In this document: piece by piece, positions 18,538-28,243 of the stretch | Layout: each line of letters begins with the position of its first letter | How positions within the stretch are numbered: the first letter of the stretch is position 1 | From: an uncultured delta proteobacterium | GTDB taxonomy: Bacteria; Myxococcota; Myxococcia; Myxococcales; Myxococcaceae | Direction of reading: 5' to 3' | Length of the DNA stretch: 64,000 nt | NCBI GenBank assembly: GCA_963713045.1 | Contig: CAVQKE010000005.1 | Coordinates: 96,001-160,000, forward strand | Program-made: the position numbers and the translations under genes | Notes under the pieces: model-generated | What the model saw: only the letters and a program-made list of their open reading frames with translations | The model's database searches: none | Told to the model about the DNA's origin: nothing

Positions 18538-19438
18538 TCACCGTTTCTGCGCCTTGGGGTTGTAGAGCACGACACCCGACCTGAACCATTCAACGAGCGT
18601 GATGGCCAGCGGCAGGGACGTCTCTGCGGTGGCCTGGTCAACGTGTAGAGGAACGGCCGGGTCGTCTGTCGCGCGCCGGTCTATCTGGCCGGTCACCAGC
18701 AGCGCGACAATCGCCGTGAGCGCTTCGACCCTGTCCGGGCCTTGGCCGTTCACCTCAAAGGTCAGCTTCCATTTCCATGACTCGTTCTTCAGGGGCCGAG
18801 CAGCTTGTTCAGAGTAAAGAGTGAGTCGGCCGGCGCGAAGATGGCCTTGCTCGCCGCCTCGACGGCACGGACGCTCTCCCGGTAGCCGGCGCTCGGGTCT
18901 GGGCTGCGACCGTAGACGTGCCGACGTGCCCCCACGCCGCAGATAGCAGCCGGCCGGCAGTTTCCTCCCGTGCCGCGGCCTTCTCCGCGAGCGCCTGAAG
19001 TTCGGGAGTCACCCGCCGAGTGAGGCGCGACTCGCCGCTCAGTTTCGAGACCGTCCACGCCGAGGCCGCCCGGGTCAAGAGCGCGCCTAGCTTGTCCTCG
19101 GGCAGCCTCCGCATGGCCAGCCCCTCGTCGAGAAAGTCGAGGGTGACGTCAGGTGAGCCGAGCAAGTCCTCCACGAATCTCACAATCCAACTCGAGCCTG
19201 CGAAGTTCCGCTCCGGGAAGCTCGCGCACTGAAGCTTGGCATCCACGGTATCTAGAAAGTCCTGGAGAAGACTGTTCTGGGAAAGAACGACGAAGCAGTC
19301 GAGGAGCAAGTTCTCCAGAGGTCGGGCCAGCCATCCGGGAATGCCTTCGTGAGGACCTCCCAGCGCGCGACGTCCGACCCGCACGCTCAGCGGCTTCGGT
19401 GGCTCATCCATGCGGGGATTCTGGCGCACTTCGCCCAC
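18538..19438 (-). pseudogene. Abortive-infection (AbiJ/Abi_C-like) protein, frameshifted
   Basis: Three frames join into ...LLSAAWGHVYGRSPDPSAGYRESVRAVEAA...TLNKLLG.LKN...W...GQIDR...AITLVEWFRSG; 8-bp duplication ggcacgtc near 18915-18930 plus a -1 in a C run near 18795. Confidence 0.5.
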
Positions 19439-19766
19439 GGGGAAGGCTGGCTAGGTATGTCGTCCAAGCTGGACCATCAGGCAAACGATAGTAATATTCG
19501 CTTAGCTTGGCATGCTGGACGGAACACCTCGTCAAGGGCAGGATTTCAGACGTTGAAAAAAAAGACGGGCCAATCCTTCGAAGTTGGGACGTGTAGTGGA
19601 TAGCAGGACACCTCGAGGAGCGCGCCTCCCCCGGCCACCGAGGTAGCGGTACTAGCAGTGCGATGGGGGGCGAATGGGACGACCTGGGTGACCGGTCCCA
19701 AACGACGCACGGCGACGACGACCCGAAGCGCCCGGCCCAAAGGCTGGGTTCCCTTTGGAGTCGCCC

Positions 19767-20378
19767 ATGCCTGCAGACACCCACCTCGAAAATCTCCGCC
19801 GCGACCCGTTCAAGGTCTGCGAGCGACTCCTCGCGCTCGGCCCTAACATCGGCCGTGCCGTACAGGAGATCCTCCGCCGTGACCCCGGTGCGTCTGGTCG
19901 TGACCTCACCGCCGCCGGCCAGCTGTACGTTTTAGAGCACGCCAACGATGACGTAGACATTCCGCTTCATTCGTACCTGCACAAGCGGCTCCGGCGGTTC
20001 CTAAAAGAGCAGGCCCGGGCGGCAGTCACTCCCCTTCACGTTCCGCGACGTCGTCGGGCGACTAAGACTCTCTCGCTGGCCGGCTACACCGAAGGCAAAG
20101 ACACGCCACTCGACAAAGAAGTGGACCGCGCCTTCGCCGACCAGCAAGCGGCCGCTCAGGACAGGGCCCAGGCAGAGGTACGTGCTCACGCCGTCCAAGA
20201 GGCGGTAGCGACGCTTGACGGAGAGCAACGGGCGGCCGCTGAGGGGGTAATGGCCGGGGAGAGCGCGAGGGAATTGGCTCGGAAGACCGGCCGGTCACGC
20301 CGCGCGGTCGCCGAGCTGCGGGACGAGGCATTCGACGCCCTTCGTCCCAAGCTGGCTCATCTGGTGACGAGATGCTGA
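19767..20378 (+). CDS. Sigma-factor region 4-like HTH protein
   Basis: C-terminal AVQEAVATLDGEQRAAAE...GESARELARKTGRSRRAV...AFDALR. Confidence 0.6.
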   Translation: MPADTHLENLRRDPFKVCERLLALGPNIGRAVQEILRRDPGASGRDLTAAGQLYVLEHANDDVDIPLHSYLHKRLRRFLKEQARAAVTPLHVPRRRRATKTLSLAGYTEGKDTPLDKEVDRAFADQQAAAQDRAQAEVRAHAVQEAVATLDGEQRAAAEGVMAGESARELARKTGRSRRAVAELRDEAFDALRPKLAHLVTRC

Positions 20379-20854
20379 CCGATTTCCCAATCGAGGATGT
20401 TTCGTCCCGGGGCGTTTGTGAAGGGCCGCCCGTTATTCGGGAGCAAGTGGAGCTGTGCCTCGACTGGATTCTGGCCGGCAACCTTCGGCCGGCGCCCATC
20501 GACCACGCGGACAACGTTCCGGGCAGTCGGCAGCTGAAGCACATGGTCGAGCGTTGGGCGCGGGAATACGTCTCGAACGGCGCCTTTATCCTGGCTTGCC
20601 ATGAGGCCGGTATCGCTCAGCGTCGGTCACCGAGCTTTCGAGCCAATACCGATGTGGCAGCGCGACCGACAACGCGCGCCAAGTTCAACGATGCGTTCTA
20701 TCTAAACCCGTGCAGCTTCGTGGACCCCTTCGCGCGCGCCTTCGTCGACGCAGAGGAGCGGTCATCGGCAAAAGCACACCGAGCGCCCGCCGACATCGGG
20801 CCGACTAAGGACGGACATGCCAGCCTCAAGAAGTTCCCGCTGGGCGAGTCATGA
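20372..20854 (+). CDS. Conserved mobile-element hypothetical protein
   Basis: SRQLKHMVERWAREYVSNGAFILAC resembles the S..LKH..E....Y.SNG.FI motif of small phage/plasmid proteins; overlaps both neighbouring genes. Confidence 0.55.
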   Translation: MLTDFPIEDVSSRGVCEGPPVIREQVELCLDWILAGNLRPAPIDHADNVPGSRQLKHMVERWAREYVSNGAFILACHEAGIAQRRSPSFRANTDVAARPTTRAKFNDAFYLNPCSFVDPFARAFVDAEERSSAKAHRAPADIGPTKDGHASLKKFPLGES

Positions 20855-23139
20855 AGCCGGACACCGGACCCGCCGCCACCATGGGCGAACGCGTGGAGGC
20901 AGTGTTCTCGCGGGTAGCCCAGCCAGTCGTCGACGACGTCATCGCGCAGCCGCGCCTGGGCGAAGAGACTGAACCGGCCGCAGTCATAGAACAGCCAAAC
21001 AGCGCCCCCGCCTCCCAAGACAGTGGCCAGCCTCACGTGATGCCGGCCAGCGATGTGCCGCCCGCCTCGGTGGAAGACAAGGGCGACGAGGCTGTGGGGC
21101 GAGAGGAGGAATACGAGCCGCCCGCTAGCAGCATCGCCATCGCGGAGTTCACGCGTAAGGACGACATCGTGCCGCAGCCGCGAGTCCTCGGGTCGTTTCA
21201 GGACCTCTTCGCCTTCGCCCGCAAGCCGGTCGTGGCTGAGTCGAAAGAGGACGTTTCGCTCTGGTCGCCGGTGACGTACAAGCCGGGGACCAGTCGCGCG
21301 CAAGAGTACAAGGCCGAAGACTGCATCGAGACGGTCAACGCCGCCGTCTTCGAGGTCGACCACCTACCCCTCAACAAGGTTGATGCCTTCCTCGAGCGGC
21401 TGGCTAGAACAGGTCTCAAATTCTTCGTCTACACCACGCCTCGCACCGAAGCTGCGGCAAGGACTGTGAGGGCGAAGACGACGCCCACTTCCGCGTGGTC
21501 TTCCTACTAAGCAAGCCCGTTACGGCGGCGGATTGGCCAGCAGTCTGGCAGGGAATCGTGCGGCGGTTCATTCCCGAGGCGGATGTGAAGGCCAAGGACG
21601 CAAAGCGGATGTTCTACCTCCACTCGCATCCTGCCGACCGCGCCGACCTGGCCATCCGTCAGTACACGGACGGTGGGGAGCTCGACCCGACCCCGTTTCT
21701 CGTTCGGCGGACGGCGCAGGAGCCCGCCGCCGCCAAGGACGATGGCGAGGGGGAGCAGAAATACATGGGGAAGGTCCCTCTCGCGCGACGCTTCGAACGG
21801 ATGAACCTCTACGCCTCGAAGATGCTGGATGACGAGAAGAGAATCGCGGGTCAGGAGAGAACGGGAGCGGCGTCACGATGGGCGTTCTCAATATCCTCAT
21901 CCGCGGCTTCGGCATCGATGACTTCGAGACGGCGATGAAGGTGGCTTGCCCGTACAGCGACAAATACTGCGACCCTCCATGGAGCGAGTGGGAGCTAAAG
22001 AAGAAGGTCCTCGACGTCATGCAAGGCGGTCACCCAAAGTCCCTACCCTGGGGCGAGAAGCTCAAGGAAAAGGAAGACGAGCGGCCGGCCAAAAGTAAGG
22101 AGTGGGAATTCGTCACGGAGCGCGGTGACGTCTTCGCGGCCCACGACTTCAAGCCGCCCGTTCGCCTTGTCGGCCCCATCCTCGAGGAAAGCATCACCTA
22201 CATTTTCGCCGCGGCCAACGCCCTCAAGACGTGGTTCGCGCTGGAGATTGTCCGACTGGGGCTCTAGCCGGCATGGTCACACTTTACGTGATGGAGGAAG
22301 GTCATCCTTTCTTCACACAGCAGCGTTTCCAGGCAATGGGCATTCCGCCGACCTATCACCTGGCACTCCGCCGCGAGGTCATCATTCACGAGCCGAAGAA
22401 GCTCGACGCCATCATCAAGAGGGCCAAGGAGGTGGCCGCGCGGCTCATTGTGCTCGACCCGCTCTCGGACATGGTCAACGTTGAAGAGCACGACAACTCG
22501 GCCATGAAGGTCGTCAACGAGGCCATGAGAAGGCTGAAGTTGGAGACCGGGGCCGCGGTCGTTGCCCTCCACCACAGCACCAAGAGCGCCGGCCATCGCG
22601 AGGACGGCAACCCGCAGCACTACATCTCACCGGACCAATACAACATGCGCGGCGCCTCGGTCCTGGCCGGCGGGGCTGACCTCATGCTGGAGCTGCGACG
22701 GCCCAAGGAGAGCGACGTCGAGGCCGACATCCACATGGTCAAGGCGCGCTTCCTCCCGCACGAGCCGCCGGGCCGACTCATTCTCTCGACCGAAAACGAC
22801 CCGCAGACCGGCCTACTGACCAAGGCGCGGGTGACCTGGCTTTCCGGGGCGGAAGCCGTCCAGAAGCGAGACGAGGCGAAGAAGGCGCGGGAGGCGGTCA
22901 AGGCTAGCGGCGCGTCGGTGGTCGAGAAGGAGGTCCTCGACTACCTCCAGAAGCGGGGCCCTTCGTCCTGCCGGAACATCGTCGACGCGCTTGGGATGCC
23001 GGTGCGGTCGGTTCAGGGGGCTTTGGGGCGGATGGCGGCGCGGGACCTGGTCCACAACAGGGGGCCGGGAACCAGACCAAATGGGACGTTGGCCCCAGGG
23101 CGCGGCAATGAGAATCGCACCCTTTCCTACACCGCCTAG
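20851..23139 (+). CDS. Primase - PriCT - RecA/AAA_25-type helicase - wHTH replication protein, split by three -1 indels
   Basis: WSPVTY, AVFEVDH, FFVYTT.SH...HFRVVF, D..RMFYL (primase); CDPPWSEWELKKK (PriCT-like); IFAAANALKT, LIVLDPL, VVALHHSTK, MRGASVL (helicase). Each break is repaired by +1 C/G. Confidence 0.7.
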
Positions 23140-23186
23140 GCCCGCCGCCGGCCCCGAGGATTTCAGGCTGGCCAGGTGCTCCCGCT

Positions 23187-23323
23187 TTGTTGCGACACGG
23201 GCGCCTATATATAGAAAGCGCGTCGCAACAACGGAACTACGAGGACGTCCCGCCTTTTGCGGCGGTTCGTTCCCTGCAGTTCCGCGCCTGGCCTGCCACG
23301 ACGACCTAGGGGCGCGTCGCAAC
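23187..23323. other. Putative replication origin (inverted/direct iterons around an AT palindrome)
   Basis: ttgttgcgac...gtcgcaacaa flanks ctatatatag; gcgcgtcgcaac at 23218 and 23312; 48 bp after the helicase stop. Confidence 0.5.
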
Positions 23324-23329
23324 CACGGT

Positions 23330-23680
23330 CTCCGGCGCCTGTGGAAGCCTCGCGGTGGTGCCCGCGTGATGGAACACCGCCACCCGCGTCGTGGAAGAGG
23401 TCAGAGACCACAACACCACGGCCCGTTAGGTCCGCGCGCGCCGCCTCGATGTCGAACACCGCGAGATGCAAACCCTGGAGCGTTCCCGGCGCAGAGGTGG
23501 TGATGCCCCTCCCGAAGATGATCGAGGCCGCCGAGCCCGGAGGCGTGAATTGCACCACCCGGAATTCGGGTCCGGTCGCGAAGTCAGCATCGAGACGCCA
23601 CCCAATCACTTCGTAGAAACGCTTCGCTCGGTCGACGTCGGAGACCGGAACGACCACGATTTCGAGCTTGATGTCTATGA
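23330..23680 (-). pseudogene. VOC/glyoxalase protein, truncated
   Basis: KLEIVVVPVSDVDRAKRFY..GWRLDADF...VQFTPPGS; start lost and C-terminus missing. Confidence 0.7.
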
Positions 23681-23859
23681 GATCCCCCTCGCTAGGTACT
23701 GCATGTTCAACTCCCTACGCTTCGCCTTCGCGTCAAGAACCTTCCCCCTGCCATGGACGACGGCGTCAGCTGCCCAACTCCTTGGCTAGGAAGCTGTGAA
23801 TCTGGGCGACGACGGCAGCACCCTCCCACTTAGTCGAACCGGCTCGGACGGCCCCGATC

Positions 23860-23940
23860 ACCACGTCACTGCTGGAGGCCGCAGGCGTGCACGTCGTGGA
23901 TGCCCCGCACATTCTCCGGCACAGCGACCCACGCATTGCC
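23860..23940 (+). pseudogene. Tyrosine integrase C-terminal remnant
   Basis: TTSLLEAAGVHVVDAPHILRHSDPRI resembles box II (T.ASLL..AG....VQ.ILRHSDPRIT..Y). Confidence 0.45.
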
Positions 23941-24032
23941 TTGCGCCGCCTCCAGCACCATTTCGGAGGCATAACTTGCAGCATCCGGAAGGTTGGCAAA
24001 GTGGACCGCAAGATTCACCGCGTCCTTCGCAC

Positions 24033-25367
24033 TCAAGGAGTTGGGTGCCGGACCTCGACGCTGTTTTCCGCAACGCGGCCACGCACCAAGAGAATGTGCG
24101 CCTTGAGCTGATATAGATTGTGGCTGAGCTGCAGCGGGACGCGCAAGCGGTTGGCCCGAGCCTCCACTTTCTCCACCCGTCCGGCCAAGTGTGCCAGGTC
24201 CTCCCCCTTGGCTCCGCCATCGAGCTCCGCCTCCACCAGCCTCAACTCCTTGTAGAGGGCGAGCACTCTACGCTGCATGGCACCGTAGTACACCTGCGGG
24301 GCCACTCTTAGCGCGGGGTACAAGAGGCCAAGGAGAGGGACTAGCGGGATAAAGAGAATGAGCAGGCGCTCCAAGAGCACGGCCAGCCAGAAGGGGAAGT
24401 ACTGGTAGAGGAAGGGCGGGCCCGACTTGTAGAAGTGCCGCGCGTCAGCACTGAGCGGCACGTCCATGGCCTCACCGGCTGGAAACCGGCCGGGGCGTTG
24501 AAAGAGGGCCGGACCGCCGTGGATTTCGGACGCTGCTTCCAAAAGGAGGTACTGCAGCGCGGGATTCAAGTCCTCACGGATGAGGAGACTCGGCTGGGAG
24601 GCGATCAGCGTGACGTCCGTGAGCGGCAGGTTTTTGGCCAAGTCGCCCACCCCCATGGGGAGAACGAGCTTGGTCAGGTAGGGGTCACGCGCCACGTAGG
24701 CATCCGCCCGCGAGAAGCTCACCAGCGAGACGCGGGGGTTGGCGGCAAGTCTCTGGACCACCGGGGATTCCCAGGAGGCGACGAGGACGAGGACGTCCAG
24801 CTCATCACTGCCCAAAGCCTTCTCTGCCTCCGCCGGGGTGAAGTCCTTTAGCTGCAAGCTTTTGGGGTCCAGACCATTCAGCGCCAGCAGTCTTCGCGCT
24901 TGGAAGTCAGTGCCCCCGCCCTCGGGCCCAATGGAGACACGCTGACCGACGAGGACGCCCGGGCCGCTGGCCTTGGGCTCGCCCCGCACGAAGACCCACA
25001 TGGGTGAGTACATGACGGAGCCGAGCGAGGCGAGCCCGAGTTTCTGCGCGTCGGTGGCAATACCGGCCAGCACGAAGGCGGCGCTCACGTCCGAAGTGCT
25101 GTCCTGCAGTTTGGCCAGGTTCTCGACGTCCCCGCCCGTCGGCAACAAGCGAACGGTGATTCCATTGCGAGCAAGTATTTTCTGGTACCGGGGGCCAAGC
25201 GCCGCATAGTCGCCGCCCTCCAAGCCCGTCGCCAGGGTGAGCGTGCGCGGAGGGCCGGCTAGGCGCGGACCCAGCACCCAAAGCGCCGCCACTGCTGTCG
25301 CAGCCGCCACGGCCAACGCAGCGTAGACAAGGGGACGGCGACGGGTTGGGCCGGTGGAGAAGGTCAC
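24033..25367 (-). CDS. TAXI-family solute-binding protein with membrane anchors
   Basis: LATGLEGGDY, TGGDVENL, VSIGPEGGGT, FYKSGPPFLYQYFPFWLA. Confidence 0.85.
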   Translation of the reverse strand: MTFSTGPTRRRPLVYAALAVAAATAVAALWVLGPRLAGPPRTLTLATGLEGGDYAALGPRYQKILARNGITVRLLPTGGDVENLAKLQDSTSDVSAAFVLAGIATDAQKLGLASLGSVMYSPMWVFVRGEPKASGPGVLVGQRVSIGPEGGGTDFQARRLLALNGLDPKSLQLKDFTPAEAEKALGSDELDVLVLVASWESPVVQRLAANPRVSLVSFSRADAYVARDPYLTKLVLPMGVGDLAKNLPLTDVTLIASQPSLLIREDLNPALQYLLLEAASEIHGGPALFQRPGRFPAGEAMDVPLSADARHFYKSGPPFLYQYFPFWLAVLLERLLILFIPLVPLLGLLYPALRVAPQVYYGAMQRRVLALYKELRLVEAELDGGAKGEDLAHLAGRVEKVEARANRLRVPLQLSHNLYQLKAHILLVRGRVAENSVEVRHPTP

Positions 25368-25448
25368 GATTTCTCGAGCCGTTTCGTTAATCCTCTGAGG
25401 ACGCGGGTACGGCGCAGGCTAGAGCCAACCTTGGGGGCCTTCTCGGGG

Positions 25449-26716
25449 CTACCACTTCACCAGTTCCACCTGATCCAGGGGGACCGGTTCGTTACCAAGG
25501 AAGAGGACGAGCCTTTTCCCGTCCGTGTAATACGGGTCGCCGGTGAGGTTGCCCCGCGGCGCGGAAATGGGAGCCGCGCCTACGCCTCCGACGAAGCCGA
25601 CAGCCCGGACGAAGCCCGAGGCGAGTAGGTCCTGCAGCAGGTAGTCCCGGTCGGCGTCTACCTCTGGGTCAATCTTGTGGGTGGTGAGGTACCAGGACTT
25701 GCTGGTGAGACGAACGCCGATGTCCCGGCTGATTTGGCCAACCCACACCCGCTGGCCCTCGTACGTGAAGGGGGCCATCCAGCCGCGCATGTGGTTCCGC
25801 TGGCTGATTTTGTTGCGGATTTTCTGCAGCGCAATGTCCTGCGCGCGGCCATACACATAGAGGGGGCTGACGGGCGAGGACTCATAGGGCTCGCCGAAGA
25901 GGAAAGCGGTGACTGACTTCCGGGAGGCCGCCAAATCGAAGGGCTCGGTGAGATGCCATCCCCTTTCGACGAATGGAAAGAAGACGCGGGGCGGGGTTCC
26001 AATGATGACGAGGTTGAGTGGGTCCCCCCAACGCGACCCGTCTTTGTTCGTGACACAGCAAGGCAGCGCCTCGAGCGCGGCTTTGAGCCCTACGAGGTCC
26101 AGCGTCTGAACCTTTTCGGGTGGGTAGAGCGCCTTCAAGTCGACCCGCTGGAAGTCCCATTTTCCCCCCGGGACAGGGACGACGAAGGGTATTTCCATCG
26201 GCCTACGGTTGGAGAGCAGCGCCACGTTGACGAACTTGCTGCCTTCGCTGTTGTGGGTAAACACGAAGCCGGTGGCAGTCGTCTTGGGCGCCACCGGGTT
26301 GGTGAAGGCGGCCTTCAAGAAGTATTCGTCAATGGCCTGGTTGTCCCCCCCAAGGAGTGATGGAACATGAAGGCCACCTCCGATGGCGAGAAGTAGCTAG
26401 GGTCCGTGCCGAGGGGCAGGTACCAGACCGGACCGTCGGTCTGGTTTTCGATGCGCAGCCACACCGGCTGAACATCTCTGCCGTTGAGGTCCTCCCCGAA
26501 GTAGCGACGACTCTCGTCCGGAGTGAGCGCCACGACGGAGACCCGGACTCCATCCACTTCCTGCGTCTGAGCACGCGCAAGAAACTCGGCCTCCTCCAGG
26601 GGTTGGGGCGAAAACGGCGTGCAGGCAGCTAGGAAAAAAGCCACCAGAGCACGAGAGCGTAGGCCTCGAGCCCTGGCGAGTGGGCGGTGGGCAGTTATGA
26701 AGCGACAGCTTTTCAA
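25449..26716 (-). CDS. LssY C-terminal domain lipoprotein (split by -1 in a G7 run at 26345-26351)
   Basis: GDPLNLVIIG, SPVSPLYVYGRAQD, RNHMRGW, WVGQISRDIG, THKIDPEVDADRD, YYTDG. Confidence 0.8.
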
Positions 26717-27165
26717 GACGACCTCCTAAAGAAGGCCAGCAGCTGAGAGGCCCCCTCACCCCAATTGCCCGAAACAGCCAGGGATGGCCAGGCCTTTAGG
26801 CTAGCTGCGCAGCCATAGGGCTTTCTTCAGGAACCCAGCCCCCCCGTTTGCGCGCCTCCGCTCGGAGCGCGGGCGTGTGGCGTGTGGCGTGTGGCGTTGC
26901 CCTCCCCCTCGGAAATGTCGCAATCGTCTCTCAGCGCCGAGGCGAGCAGCCTTCAGCTGAAAATGACGGTACCATCCCAACGCGACTCACCGCTGCGCCA
27001 CTGCATCGTCCAAACCACGCACCGAGTTGTTGGGCGTAGACTCTGATTCGTGCGGCACCGACCGGATCGATGTCGGGCCCGATATTGTTCGCGGCCGCCG
27101 GGCTGAGCCAACGGAGACCGGTGCGACTCCAGCTGTGGCGGCCAGATGGTTGTCGCGGCGAGAGG

Positions 27166-27513
27166 CTAAGGACGGCCATAGTTCGCATGCCACTTCAGGA
27201 GACGAGCTCGCGCCTCGTCCCACTCCTGGTGCCTCAGTGCGTGGCTCACGCCGCTGAGTTCCGACTGCGCCTCCGCCTGGGTCAACGTATTGGTTTCCAT
27301 CCGTGTGATGTCGTCGGACAAGAGTTGGAGCGCGGCATTGGCGTTGTTTTGGTCCTTCGCTTCGATGGCCGTCATTGCGAGTTGATAGTGTTGTGTCGTT
27401 GAAGCATCTGGCTGACCAGGTTTCCAGCCCGGGGTCGAGGCACAACCGAGTAGGCCCGAGATCAGGACGACTGCGGTCAGCGGGGCGGGGTGTCTTTCAG
27501 GCGTCCACGTCAT
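27166..27513 (-). CDS. Hypothetical lipoprotein
   Basis: Lipobox LLGC; GGAGG RBS; helical mature region. Confidence 0.6.
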   Translation of the reverse strand: MTWTPERHPAPLTAVVLISGLLGCASTPGWKPGQPDASTTQHYQLAMTAIEAKDQNNANAALQLLSDDITRMETNTLTQAEAQSELSGVSHALRHQEWDEARARLLKWHANYGRP

Positions 27514-27779
27514 TCGGTCCTCCCAGACGTCGAAGTTCCGCGATGCCAAGGCACCTGGGCTTGATGATGTCGAGCGTTCACGCTTGCCTTCGCCCTGCGC
27601 CTTGGGTCGCATGGGGCTGCAAAGTTGTCAGCTAACGACTGTGACGGCAAGCCCATCATCTTCAGGCGACGACATGCCGCGGTGCTCTTGGCGCGGGCAA
27701 GTCGGCCCACACCGACAACGTGTTGACGGAACTGAAGGCCCACCTTGGGCTGATTCCGTCTCTTGTCCGTCCCCGCAAC

Positions 27780-27913
27780 AGGCCAGCACCTGGCGTTTCT
27801 CTCGCGTTCGTCTACTCGTAGCCAAGCGGCAGCTTCACTGCGTGCGAATCTCGAACGGCATTCGAATTCGGCCGGGCGACCTCGTGACCTACCTGGAGTT
27901 GCGTAGAGATTGA
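27780..27913 (+). pseudogene. Excisionase-type HTH remnant
   Basis: LVAKRQLHCVRISNGIRIRPGDLVTYL. Confidence 0.55.
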
Positions 27914-28019
27914 AGGAAGGTGCACCCTTACCGCGCTGCTGAAGGGGCCCTTCGGGCGGGCGAATGCGCCGGCAGGTTCGCTCGCGGGAGTGAGGCTTGG
28001 GGGCGTCGGGAGGACCCGG

Positions 28020-28206
28020 GCAACGTGTTGGGCATGACGCCCTCGGACATCCTCCTCCTTCTCGGCCACGGCGGCGGCAATGGTTTCTGCGTGGACGTCC
28101 AGGGCCACGGCTCCTTTCGCATGTAGCTCGGCGCGACGCGTCTTCTCAGACTCGCGGCTTAACCTATGCCCTGCGAATCCGGGCTGGTCGTTCCCATCCT
28201 GACTAG
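28020..28206 (-). mobile_element. IS110-family remnant (left non-coding end plus transposase N-terminus)
   Basis: VALDVHAETIAAAVAE matches the DEDD N-terminal GLDVH motif; ~100 bp upstream non-coding end retained. Confidence 0.55.
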
Positions 28207-28243
28207 ACTGATGCGTCGGCACCACTTTTACTCAAGGCCAATC

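Noticed and set aside
17738..18565. 275-aa ORF spanning the att site
   Set aside because: No recognisable motifs and crosses the island boundary
20851..23139. Programmed ribosomal frameshifting in the rep gene
   Set aside because: No slippery heptamers at the breaks, and the same indel pattern occurs in core genes
26872..26897. ggcgtgt x3.7 microsatellite
   Set aside because: Short, intergenic, with no supportable function
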